From: an uncultured Chitinophagaceae bacterium
GTDB lineage: Bacteria > Bacteroidota > Bacteroidia > Chitinophagales > Chitinophagaceae
Reading direction: 5' to 3'
Assembly (NCBI GenBank): GCA_903832075.1
Contig: CAILAF010000511.1
Location: 1 to 38,570 of the forward strand
Length of the DNA stretch: 38,570 bases
In this document: one piece after another, positions 18,629 through 26,169 of the stretch
Numbering within the stretch: position 1 is the stretch's first letter
Layout: every line of letters begins with the position of its first letter
Translations under genes and position numbers: made by a program
The notes under the pieces: model-generated
The model's database searches: none
Told to the model about the DNA's origin: nothing
Seen by the model: only the letters and a program-made list of their open reading frames with translations

Positions 18629-19204
18629 ATGTACGAACTATTTTATAAATACTTAATCTTAAATCATAAAGTTGGATTACCCGGCGTAGGAAGTTTTTTT
18701 GTAACAAGAATTCCAGCTAAAATGGATTTTGTAACTCGATCATTGTTCGCACCTGCCGAGGTCATTCAATTTAATAAAGAACATCAAGCAGCGGAAAAAG
18801 GCTTTTATGAATTTGTTGAAAAGCAAATGAATATTAGCGATGTAGATGCAATTACTCGATTCAGTAATTTTTCATTTCAAATTAAAGAGAAAGCTTCACA
18901 ACCCGGCGGAATTAGTTTGCCTGGTATTGGTTTATTAAGAACAGATTTTGATGGCTCTTTATATTTTTCGGCAGAAGAAAATAAAACGGCATCATTAAAA
19001 CAAATTTATCTTGACAATTCAAATACTACTTCCAATGCTAATTTGGTAGAAGTTTATGATACTGGAGAATCAACCATCATCGCTCAAGAGGTTGAAATTA
19101 CTTCAGAAAAAATTATCATCAATAAACAAGAAGATTATTGGTGGGTATATGCAATCATACTTGCATTAATGGGCGTTGGCGCCTTAATGTATTATTATAT
19201 TTAA
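18629..19204 (+). CDS. HU-like (CCDC81-type) domain protein with a C-terminal membrane anchor
   Basis: 191 aa with two LPG(V/I)G(S/L) motifs (GLPGVGSFFV and SLPGIGLLRT), as in bacterial HU-CCDC81 domains. The C-terminal TM segment is WWVYAIILALMGVGALMYYYI. Confidence 0.6.
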   Translation: MYELFYKYLILNHKVGLPGVGSFFVTRIPAKMDFVTRSLFAPAEVIQFNKEHQAAEKGFYEFVEKQMNISDVDAITRFSNFSFQIKEKASQPGGISLPGIGLLRTDFDGSLYFSAEENKTASLKQIYLDNSNTTSNANLVEVYDTGESTIIAQEVEITSEKIIINKQEDYWWVYAIILALMGVGALMYYYI

Positions 19205-19218
19205 TTTACTGATACCAA

Positions 19219-19264
19219 CTTTTGTTTTTCATGGAATCGTCCCTTGCGTCGCAATCACTTCAAC
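19219..19264 (+). repeat. Copy B of the ~45-nt repeated element (partner at 7360-7403)
   Basis: CTTTTGTTTTTCATGGAATCGTCCCTTGCGTCGCAATCACTTCAAC. It contains the perfect palindrome TTGCGTCGCAA and the only plausible ATG of the methyltransferase. Confidence 0.7.
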
Positions 19265-20175
19265 AACAGAATAATAATCAGCAATTAATTTATTATAATA
19301 ATTGTCCTGTTTGCAGTAGTATTAATCTTTCAAAAGCCTTATCAGCAAAGGATTTTACAGTAAGCCACCAATCATTTGAAATTTGGCAATGCAATGATTG
19401 TTCTTTGCGTTTCACGCAAAATATTCCTGATGCAAATAACATTGGTACTTATTATCAATCATCTGCTTATGTTTCTCATTCCGATACCAACGAAGGATTG
19501 ATCAATCGTTTATATCATATCGTTCGCAATTTTACTTTACAATCAAAAAAAAGATTGATAGAAAAAAACTGTAGTGTACAAAATAAAAATTTGTTAGACG
19601 TTGGTGCAGGTATTGGTGCATTTTCAAATGCAATGAAAAATGCCGGATGGAATGTTACTGCATTAGAGCCTGATGATGCAGCAAGAGAAAAAGCATTGCA
19701 AAAATTTTCTTTACAAATGCAATTGCCCGAAACAATATATCAATTAGAAAAAAATAAATTTAATGCGATAACGATGTGGCATGTATTGGAACATGTACAT
19801 GAATTGCATAAATATTTAGAAACATTTCATCGCATTTTAAACGATGATGGAAAATTATTTATTGCAGTTCCAAATTATACAAGTTATGATGCGCAATTGT
19901 ATAAAGAATTTTGGGCGGCGTATGATGTGCCCAGGCATTTATATCATTTCTCTCCAAAAAGTATGGAAACATTGGCAAGGCTAAAAGGCTTTACTGTAAA
20001 GGCTTTTAACCCAATGTGGTTTGATAGTTTTTATGTAAGTATGTTAAGTGAACAATATAAAAATGGTAACGCAAATAATGTTTCTGCTTTTATAAATGGA
20101 TTGATTTCTAATTTAAAAACAATTGGTAATCCTAAAAATTGCAGTTCGGTAATTTATGTGTTGGAGAAGAATTAA
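19231..20175 (+). CDS. Class I SAM-dependent methyltransferase with an N-terminal Cys4 zinc ribbon
   Basis: It has CPVC...CNDC followed by motif I LLDVGAGIGAF. I use the ATG at 19231 rather than the TTG at 19222. Confidence 0.8.
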   Translation: MESSLASQSLQQQNNNQQLIYYNNCPVCSSINLSKALSAKDFTVSHQSFEIWQCNDCSLRFTQNIPDANNIGTYYQSSAYVSHSDTNEGLINRLYHIVRNFTLQSKKRLIEKNCSVQNKNLLDVGAGIGAFSNAMKNAGWNVTALEPDDAAREKALQKFSLQMQLPETIYQLEKNKFNAITMWHVLEHVHELHKYLETFHRILNDDGKLFIAVPNYTSYDAQLYKEFWAAYDVPRHLYHFSPKSMETLARLKGFTVKAFNPMWFDSFYVSMLSEQYKNGNANNVSAFINGLISNLKTIGNPKNCSSVIYVLEKN

Positions 20176-20957
20176 TTAAACGTCACTTCAAATAATTTGC
20201 TCCAGTTTTTTCCGGTAACAAAAAATCTTTTTTGTGTGCTGTCGTATGCAATACCGTTAAGCACATCTGCTCTGTCATTCTGCGTTTCACCTGTTGCATT
20301 CCAAATTTTAGAAAGATCTGCTTTAGCAACAACAGCACCCGTTGCAGGATTTATTTTAACAATAATATCTCTTTGCCAAACATTCGAATAAATAAATCCC
20401 TCTACATATTCCAATTCATTAATTTCTGATAATGGTCCATTATTATCTGTTACACTAACTTTTTTAATGATCTCAAAAGTATTGGGGTCTCTGAAAATTA
20501 ATTTATCGGTGCTGTCATCCATTATCAAACTCTTGCCATCATTGGTCATTCCCCAACCTTGTCCATTATAATCAAATTCTTTTAGCTTATTAAATGTTTT
20601 AACATCATACACAAAACATTTTCCTTCTTTATAAGTTAATTGATAAATTTTTCCATTTAAAATGGTAATGCCTTCACCAAAATATTCTTTTGCTAAGTTT
20701 ATTTTTTGTACATCTTTTCCAGTCTTTAAATCAACTTTTACCAATGTGCTTTTTTCATATTCACCGCCACTTTCGTATAAACTATTATCAAACCATTCTA
20801 ATCCTTCAGTGAAAGAAGTAGAATCATGCGGATAAATATTTGTAACAGTATAATTCATTGTTGCAGGAACTATAACATTAGCATTGTTACTGTCTGAATC
20901 ATTATTTTGGCAAGCAGCTAATAATAAAACTGAAAGAGAAAAAATTTTATAATTCAT
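20172..20957 (-). CDS. Glutaminyl-peptide cyclotransferase (beta-propeller, plant/bacterial type), lipoprotein
   Basis: 261 aa with the lipobox LLAAC. Its propeller-like repeat pattern is typical of bacterial glutamine cyclotransferases. Confidence 0.8.
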   Translation of the reverse strand: MNYKIFSLSVLLLAACQNNDSDSNNANVIVPATMNYTVTNIYPHDSTSFTEGLEWFDNSLYESGGEYEKSTLVKVDLKTGKDVQKINLAKEYFGEGITILNGKIYQLTYKEGKCFVYDVKTFNKLKEFDYNGQGWGMTNDGKSLIMDDSTDKLIFRDPNTFEIIKKVSVTDNNGPLSEINELEYVEGFIYSNVWQRDIIVKINPATGAVVAKADLSKIWNATGETQNDRADVLNGIAYDSTQKRFFVTGKNWSKLFEVTFN

Positions 20958-20973
20958 GTGAAAGATATTATTT

Positions 20974-20981
20974 CAAAAATA
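20974..20981 (-). promoter_or_regulatory. Candidate -7 promoter box (TATTTTTG) for the glutaminyl cyclase gene
   Basis: Exact TAnnTTTG on the minus strand, 17 nt upstream of the ATG at 20957. Confidence 0.4.
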
Positions 20982-21011
20982 ATTAACGGATGAAAAGAGT
21001 TTCGTTAAAAA

Positions 21012-22109
21012 TTATACGTTAAATCTAAAATGCATTACATCTCCATCTTTAACTAGATATTCTTTTCCTTCAATTCTTAAGCGACCGTTTTCTCTACAAA
21101 CCGCTTCGCTTCCAAACTTAATAAAATCTTCGTAAGAAATTACTTCTGCTTTAATGAAACCTTTCTCAAAGTCAGTATGGATAACGCTTGCAGCCTGTGG
21201 TGCTTTCCATCCATTATGAATTGTCCATGCTCTAACTTCTTGCACACCGGCAGTAAAATAAGTTTCTAAGTTTAATAATTTATACGCAGTTCGTATTAAT
21301 CTGTTCAATGCAGGTTCTTTCATTCCATATTCTTCCATAAATAATTCCCTGTCTTCAGCTGATTCCATTTCAGCAATCTGCGCTTCAATATTATTACACA
21401 TTACAATTACTTCTGCATTTTCATCTTTAACAGCTTCTATTAATGCGGCAGAAAATTTATTACCGGTATGCATGCTGGCTTCATCAACATTGGCAACATA
21501 CAAAACTGATTTATCAGTTAATAAACATAAATCTGCAATAGCAACTTTTTCCTCTTTGGTTAAATCTAATGAACGAATATTTTTTCCTTTGTCTAAATGA
21601 GCTTTACATCTTTGCAGAATTTCAAATTCTACTTTCATCTTAGGATCAGTCTTTGATAATTTTTCTGCTTTGCTTGCTTTTCTTTCAACACTATCCAAAT
21701 CTTTTAACTGTAATTCTGTATCAATGATCTCTTTATCACTCACAGGATTAATTGCACCTTCATCTCGTAAAATATTTTCATCTTCAAAGCAACGAATTAC
21801 ATGAATGATTGCATCCACTTCACGAATATTTCCTAAAAATTTATTTCCCAATCCCTCGCCTTTACTTGCACCGCGAACTAATCCGGCTATGTCAACAATT
21901 TCTAATTGTGTTGGAACAATGCGATTAGGTTTTACCAATTCTGATAATTTATTCAAACGTTCATCCGGAACATCTACCAATCCTACATTTGGCTCGATAG
22001 TGCAAAACCGATAATTGCTTGCTTGAGCTTTGGCACTATTGCTAACTGCATTAAATAAAGTTGATTTGCCAACATTGGGTAATCCTACAATTCCTGCTTG
22101 TAAAGCCAT
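21012..22109 (-). CDS. ychF: Redox-regulated ATPase YchF
   Basis: 365 aa with the P-loop GIVGLPNVGKST and a C-terminal TGS-like domain. Confidence 0.95.
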   Translation of the reverse strand: MALQAGIVGLPNVGKSTLFNAVSNSAKAQASNYRFCTIEPNVGLVDVPDERLNKLSELVKPNRIVPTQLEIVDIAGLVRGASKGEGLGNKFLGNIREVDAIIHVIRCFEDENILRDEGAINPVSDKEIIDTELQLKDLDSVERKASKAEKLSKTDPKMKVEFEILQRCKAHLDKGKNIRSLDLTKEEKVAIADLCLLTDKSVLYVANVDEASMHTGNKFSAALIEAVKDENAEVIVMCNNIEAQIAEMESAEDRELFMEEYGMKEPALNRLIRTAYKLLNLETYFTAGVQEVRAWTIHNGWKAPQAASVIHTDFEKGFIKAEVISYEDFIKFGSEAVCRENGRLRIEGKEYLVKDGDVMHFRFNV

Positions 22110-22140
22110 AAACTATTTTATAATTTTTATTTGAAGTCGG

Positions 22141-22148
22141 CAAAGATA
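22141..22148 (-). promoter_or_regulatory. Candidate -7 promoter box (TATCTTTG) for ychF
   Basis: Exact TAnnTTTG on the minus strand, 32 nt upstream of the ychF ATG (22109). Confidence 0.4.
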
Positions 22149-22205
22149 AGTGTTACAAATAACTCATCATTGATAATTAGCAATCATTGCTTTTTATACT
22201 AATGC

Positions 22206-22892
22206 TTATAGCTTAAGATGATTTCTTAATTCTTGTACACCATAAATGGCACCCGATTCAATCGTTATTAAATTTTTTAGGGATGATGTATAAGGGATTT
22301 TTTTATCAATGATGAATTTTTTCGATGTTGGTTTTGCATAATTAATCAATCCTGCAGCGGGATAAACTTGCAATGAAGTTCCAATAATTATAAAAATATC
22401 TGCAGTTGCCACAATTTTAATTGCTTTTTCAATCATTGGAACAGGTTCTTCAAACCAAACAATATGAGGACGTAATTGTCCGCCATCTTTGGCTGTATCA
22501 CCAACATGAATGTCTCCGTAAATTTCGTACAAAGTATTTTCATCTAACACACTTCTCATCTTAAAAATTTCTCCGTGCAGGTGCAATACATTTTTACTTC
22601 CGGCACGTTCATGCAGGTCATCAATATTTTGTGTAATGATATCTACCTCAAAATTGTTTTGTAGTTCAGCTAAACCAATATGTGCAGCGTTGGGTTTTGC
22701 TTCGGCAACATCTTTTCTACGCAAATTATAAAAGTCAAGTACTAATTGTGGGTTCGCCGCAAAGCCTCGTGGTGTGGCAACTTCATAAACATTATATCCT
22801 TCCCATAAACCGTTAGTATCACGAAATGTTTTTAGCCCGCTTTCAGCGCTAATACCTGCGCCTGTTAATACCACTAACTTTTGTTTGTTCAT
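22206..22892 (-). CDS. cobB: Sir2-family NAD-dependent protein deacylase (short sirtuin)
   Basis: 228 aa with the GAGISAESG, TQNIDDLH and HLHG motifs. The protein contains no cysteine at all, so the usual Cys4 zinc module is absent. Confidence 0.85.
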   Translation of the reverse strand: MNKQKLVVLTGAGISAESGLKTFRDTNGLWEGYNVYEVATPRGFAANPQLVLDFYNLRRKDVAEAKPNAAHIGLAELQNNFEVDIITQNIDDLHERAGSKNVLHLHGEIFKMRSVLDENTLYEIYGDIHVGDTAKDGGQLRPHIVWFEEPVPMIEKAIKIVATADIFIIIGTSLQVYPAAGLINYAKPTSKKFIIDKKIPYTSSLKNLITIESGAIYGVQELRNHLKL

Positions 22893-22946
22893 TAAATAAA
22901 GTTAATACTGATTTCAAAAGGAAACAATCTCAAAAAATTGTAGCAC

Positions 22947-22976
22947 AAAAAAACAGTGACTGAGTAGCCACTGTTT
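22947..22976 (-). terminator. Intrinsic terminator on the minus strand with no CDS upstream of it
   Basis: AAACAGTG/CACTGTTT 8-bp stem plus 2 inner bp and a 4-nt loop. On the minus strand it is followed by seven T in a row, three of them inside the stem. It lies 55 nt upstream of the cobB ATG. Confidence 0.55.
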
Positions 22977-23143
22977 GTAGAAGTAATATTTTACTCCCCC
23001 AAGTAAAATATTATTAACAAGACCAAGAACACTTCTTGTACATTTTCTTCTTAAAGATAATAGGCGTTTATCTACATAAAGTCATCTGGTTTGTGAAATG
23101 TATTGTTGGGTTGATGAAACTTGGTTTTGGCTTTATAAGAATG
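22947..23143 (-). ncRNA. Candidate ~200-nt minus-strand transcript (sRNA or cobB leader) with three hairpins
   Basis: It is bounded by a TAnnTTTG box (23150-23157) and the terminator (22947-22976). Hairpins lie at 23024-23038, 22982-23015 and 22951-22976. There is no expression or conservation data. Confidence 0.3.
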
Positions 23144-23149
23144 TGTTCG

Positions 23150-23157
23150 CAAAGCTA
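23150..23157 (-). promoter_or_regulatory. Candidate orphan -7 promoter box (TAGCTTTG) pointing toward cobB
   Basis: Exact TAnnTTTG on the minus strand. It shares its TA with the plus-strand box of the kinase gene. Confidence 0.3.
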
Positions 23158-23163
23158 TTTTTG
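23156..23163 (+). promoter_or_regulatory. Candidate -7 promoter box (TATTTTTG) for the sensor kinase operon
   Basis: Exact TAnnTTTG, 15 nt upstream of the ATG at 23178. Confidence 0.4.
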
Positions 23164-23177
23164 TATTACTTTCAATT

Positions 23178-26168
23178 ATGCGAAAAGCAGTGATATATTT
23201 TTTTATTATCATTTCAACCATTACTAGCATTGCTGCTCAGGAAAATAATTTGCAAGCAGTAACTGGTTTGCCATCACGTGAATTGTTTAACCTTTTTATG
23301 GACAGCAAAGGATTTCTATGGATTGGGCATTCATTGGGTATTAGTAAATACGATGGGTTTTCGTTTAAAAATTATTTTCATAAAGACCAAATTTCTCCTG
23401 GGGTTACGGATATTCTGGAAGACAAGCAAGGACGCATTTGGTGTCATAATTTTAGCGGTCAAATTTTTTATATTCAGAACGATAAAATACAACTGTTAGA
23501 TGCATATAAGTTTGCTGAAGAAACATCATTTCCTAGAATAATAATCTTAAATGATGAATTATTGGTTACAAGTGATAAAGGATTATTTATTTGTAATACT
23601 AAAAATCTCGAATGCAAATACATACAGACTGAAGATAAAACGGGGTCGAATACAATTTGCTTGATAAATAATCGAGTTATCCTTTATAACTTAAAAGATT
23701 GGATGGAATATGAACAGGGAAAGGGGTTGAAGCATTTGAACTTTAAAAATACATTTCAAGCAGGTTTTATACCCAAAACGTCAATCCAATTACAACCATT
23801 AATAAGTAAAGATACCGGTTATGCTAAAGGATATATGCAAGCATTGCAATATCTTGTAAAATTTAATATTCGGAGCGATACAGTTGTTTTGTGCGCTGCT
23901 AAACATTACCCAAGTATTATTAATAATATTACCCAATACAAGAATGAAATATGGTGCAATTGTTTAAAGCAGAGTGAAAACATTTTTAGTAATGATTCTA
24001 TAACAGGGATGAATCTTACCAGTGTTGTTATTGATAAAGAAGGGAATCGATGGTACAGTAGTTTAACAAATGGATTATTTGTTAAACCAAAAGTGCAACC
24101 TTATACCATATTGCCAATCAAATCAGAAAGTATTGATGATAAAGTAATGTCTGTTTGTGATGGTGATAAAATTCATATTGTTGGAACAGAAAAAGGTAGA
24201 CTAATATATAACGATTTAAATGGAAAGATTTCTTCTGTTCAACTTCCAACTGAAGCCGGTGAAGTTGAAAATATTTTCCATCTTGGAAAAGATAAATTTT
24301 TTATAGCACCCACACATGGAGCCTACATTTTTTCAGCAAAAGAAAAAAAATATAATCTAATATCTACACAATCAACAACAAAGTGTATTGCCTTATGCGA
24401 TAGTTCTATATTCATTGGCTACCCAGAATTTTTAGCTAAGATAGTATTGCCAATGAGTTTAATAAAGTCAATTAGATATGATGTTAATTATAAATTAACT
24501 GATTATGATATAGACCTTATTTCATCACAGATAAAAAATGAAACAAAAGTTATAAATAAAAGATGTTACGAGTTAGAATCTGATTCTATTACACATACTT
24601 GTTATGCACTTTGTAAGGATGCACTTTATTCAATTAATTTTTCAGCGTCAAGTACAAAGTATTTGCTATACAATAGTAGTGCAATTCATTCTTCTTGTAT
24701 TGCAATTCATAAGGGCATTCTTTATATAGGCACCTATAATAATGGTCTTTTATTATTTCATAACGGAGCAATGCAAAAGGTAGCATTGAACGATGATGTA
24801 GAGGAAGATATGATATTAGATATGAAGACATCAGATAATAAATTATTGATCGTTGGAGCTAATAAATTAGAAGTGTTTGATCTCAGTGCCAGATTTCTGA
24901 AATACTCTTTCTTAATTCCTTTGAATAGAGGCAGAAGTCCGGCTATTACCGATTTCAACGATTCTGTTATTAGATTGTATGATAAGTATGAAGTATTTAA
25001 TATCAATTATACGAATAACAATTATTTAGAAACACCTAATATTAGTTTGCAGTCTGTTCAAATTAATAACTCAAATGAATTAGATAATTTCCCCAATCTA
25101 AACTATAATGAGAATGATATAACGCTAACTGTTTCTTCTCCTTCATTATTAAATGCCCGTCAAACATATTTTAAATATAGATTACTGGGTAGTTATAATT
25201 TAGCGTGGTATCAAACTAAGCCTGGTAATAATACTATTTCTTTTAAATCATTAAAGCCAGGGCAATATACAGTAGAAGTAAAAGCATTAAATTTTTCCAG
25301 CTTTTCAACTTCAGCAACTCTAAAAATTAATTTTATAATTAAGGATCCATGGTGGCACACATACTGGTTTTATTGTTGTCTAATTATATTTTTATTAACT
25401 GCCGGATATTTCATTTTCAAATTTTATGTTAGCGAACTAAATAAAAGCAATCAAAGGAAAGTTGAAAAATTTTCAATGCAAAGTGAGTTAAGAAACAGTA
25501 TGCTTACCGCTATAAAAGCGCAAATGAATCCTCATTTTATTTTCAATGCTTTAAATACTTTGCAAAACTATATTTATAATAATGACCGCAAATCTGCAAG
25601 CAAATATCTTGGAAAGTTTAGTGATATGATTCGAGAAGTGTTAGATAGTAGTAATGAAGAGCTTATCACACTTCAAAAAACAATTGAAGTATTACAATTG
25701 TATGTTGATATTGAAAAAGACAGATTTCATAACCAGATTAAAATAAATATAAACATAGATACTGCATTGGCCTTGGAAGAATTGTTTATTCCGCCAATGT
25801 TGTTACAACCTTTTGTAGAAAATGCAATTAAGCATGGATTAATGCATAAAACAGGCAATAAAGAATTGAATATTTATTTTAATAAAAATGCGGAACTTTT
25901 TTTTGAAATTATTATTGATGATAATGGTGTTGGAAGGGAGCGAAGCGAGCAAATAAATTTGCAAAGAAAAAATCATATTTCATTTGCGAATACTGCAAAC
26001 TCAAGAAGAATAGACATTATTAACCAAATGTTGGGCGAGAATAAAATTGAGTTAAAAATATTGGATAATAAAGATAACAATGGCAATGCAACAGGTACTA
26101 CAGTAATACTTTTAATACCAACCGATTTAAAGAAACAGATTGGAAAAAAACAACCTCAAAAAGTGTAA
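23178..26168 (+). CDS. Sensor histidine kinase: periplasmic beta-propeller repeats, Y_Y_Y domain, TM segment and LytS-type kinase
   Basis: 996 aa. The signal/anchor ends IAA|Q. It has propeller-repeat motifs (GFLWIGHSLGISKYDG), a Y_Y_Y region (YFKYRLLG...YTVEVKA), a TM segment, NPHFIFNALN (His_kinase family) and an ATPase domain. Confidence 0.85.
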   Translation: MRKAVIYFFIIISTITSIAAQENNLQAVTGLPSRELFNLFMDSKGFLWIGHSLGISKYDGFSFKNYFHKDQISPGVTDILEDKQGRIWCHNFSGQIFYIQNDKIQLLDAYKFAEETSFPRIIILNDELLVTSDKGLFICNTKNLECKYIQTEDKTGSNTICLINNRVILYNLKDWMEYEQGKGLKHLNFKNTFQAGFIPKTSIQLQPLISKDTGYAKGYMQALQYLVKFNIRSDTVVLCAAKHYPSIINNITQYKNEIWCNCLKQSENIFSNDSITGMNLTSVVIDKEGNRWYSSLTNGLFVKPKVQPYTILPIKSESIDDKVMSVCDGDKIHIVGTEKGRLIYNDLNGKISSVQLPTEAGEVENIFHLGKDKFFIAPTHGAYIFSAKEKKYNLISTQSTTKCIALCDSSIFIGYPEFLAKIVLPMSLIKSIRYDVNYKLTDYDIDLISSQIKNETKVINKRCYELESDSITHTCYALCKDALYSINFSASSTKYLLYNSSAIHSSCIAIHKGILYIGTYNNGLLLFHNGAMQKVALNDDVEEDMILDMKTSDNKLLIVGANKLEVFDLSARFLKYSFLIPLNRGRSPAITDFNDSVIRLYDKYEVFNINYTNNNYLETPNISLQSVQINNSNELDNFPNLNYNENDITLTVSSPSLLNARQTYFKYRLLGSYNLAWYQTKPGNNTISFKSLKPGQYTVEVKALNFSSFSTSATLKINFIIKDPWWHTYWFYCCLIIFLLTAGYFIFKFYVSELNKSNQRKVEKFSMQSELRNSMLTAIKAQMNPHFIFNALNTLQNYIYNNDRKSASKYLGKFSDMIREVLDSSNEELITLQKTIEVLQLYVDIEKDRFHNQIKININIDTALALEELFIPPMLLQPFVENAIKHGLMHKTGNKELNIYFNKNAELFFEIIIDDNGVGRERSEQINLQRKNHISFANTANSRRIDIINQMLGENKIELKILDNKDNNGNATGTTVILLIPTDLKKQIGKKQPQKV

Positions 26169-26169
26169 A

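Noticed and set aside
22206-22892. The Sir2-domain protein as a possible anti-phage NADase effector (Thoeris, DSR or pAgo-associated Sir2).
   Set aside because: It is a short stand-alone sirtuin with the deacylase catalytic His (HLHG) and housekeeping neighbours (ychF). It has no partner sensor domain or gene. It fits a CobB-like enzyme, not a defence effector.
22945-23157. The idea that the cobB upstream element is a known NAD+ riboswitch (nadA or pnuC motif class).
   Set aside because: I cannot match the conserved nucleotides I remember for those classes. A C-rich hairpin loop alone is not evidence. The element is kept as an unclassified candidate, not as a named riboswitch.
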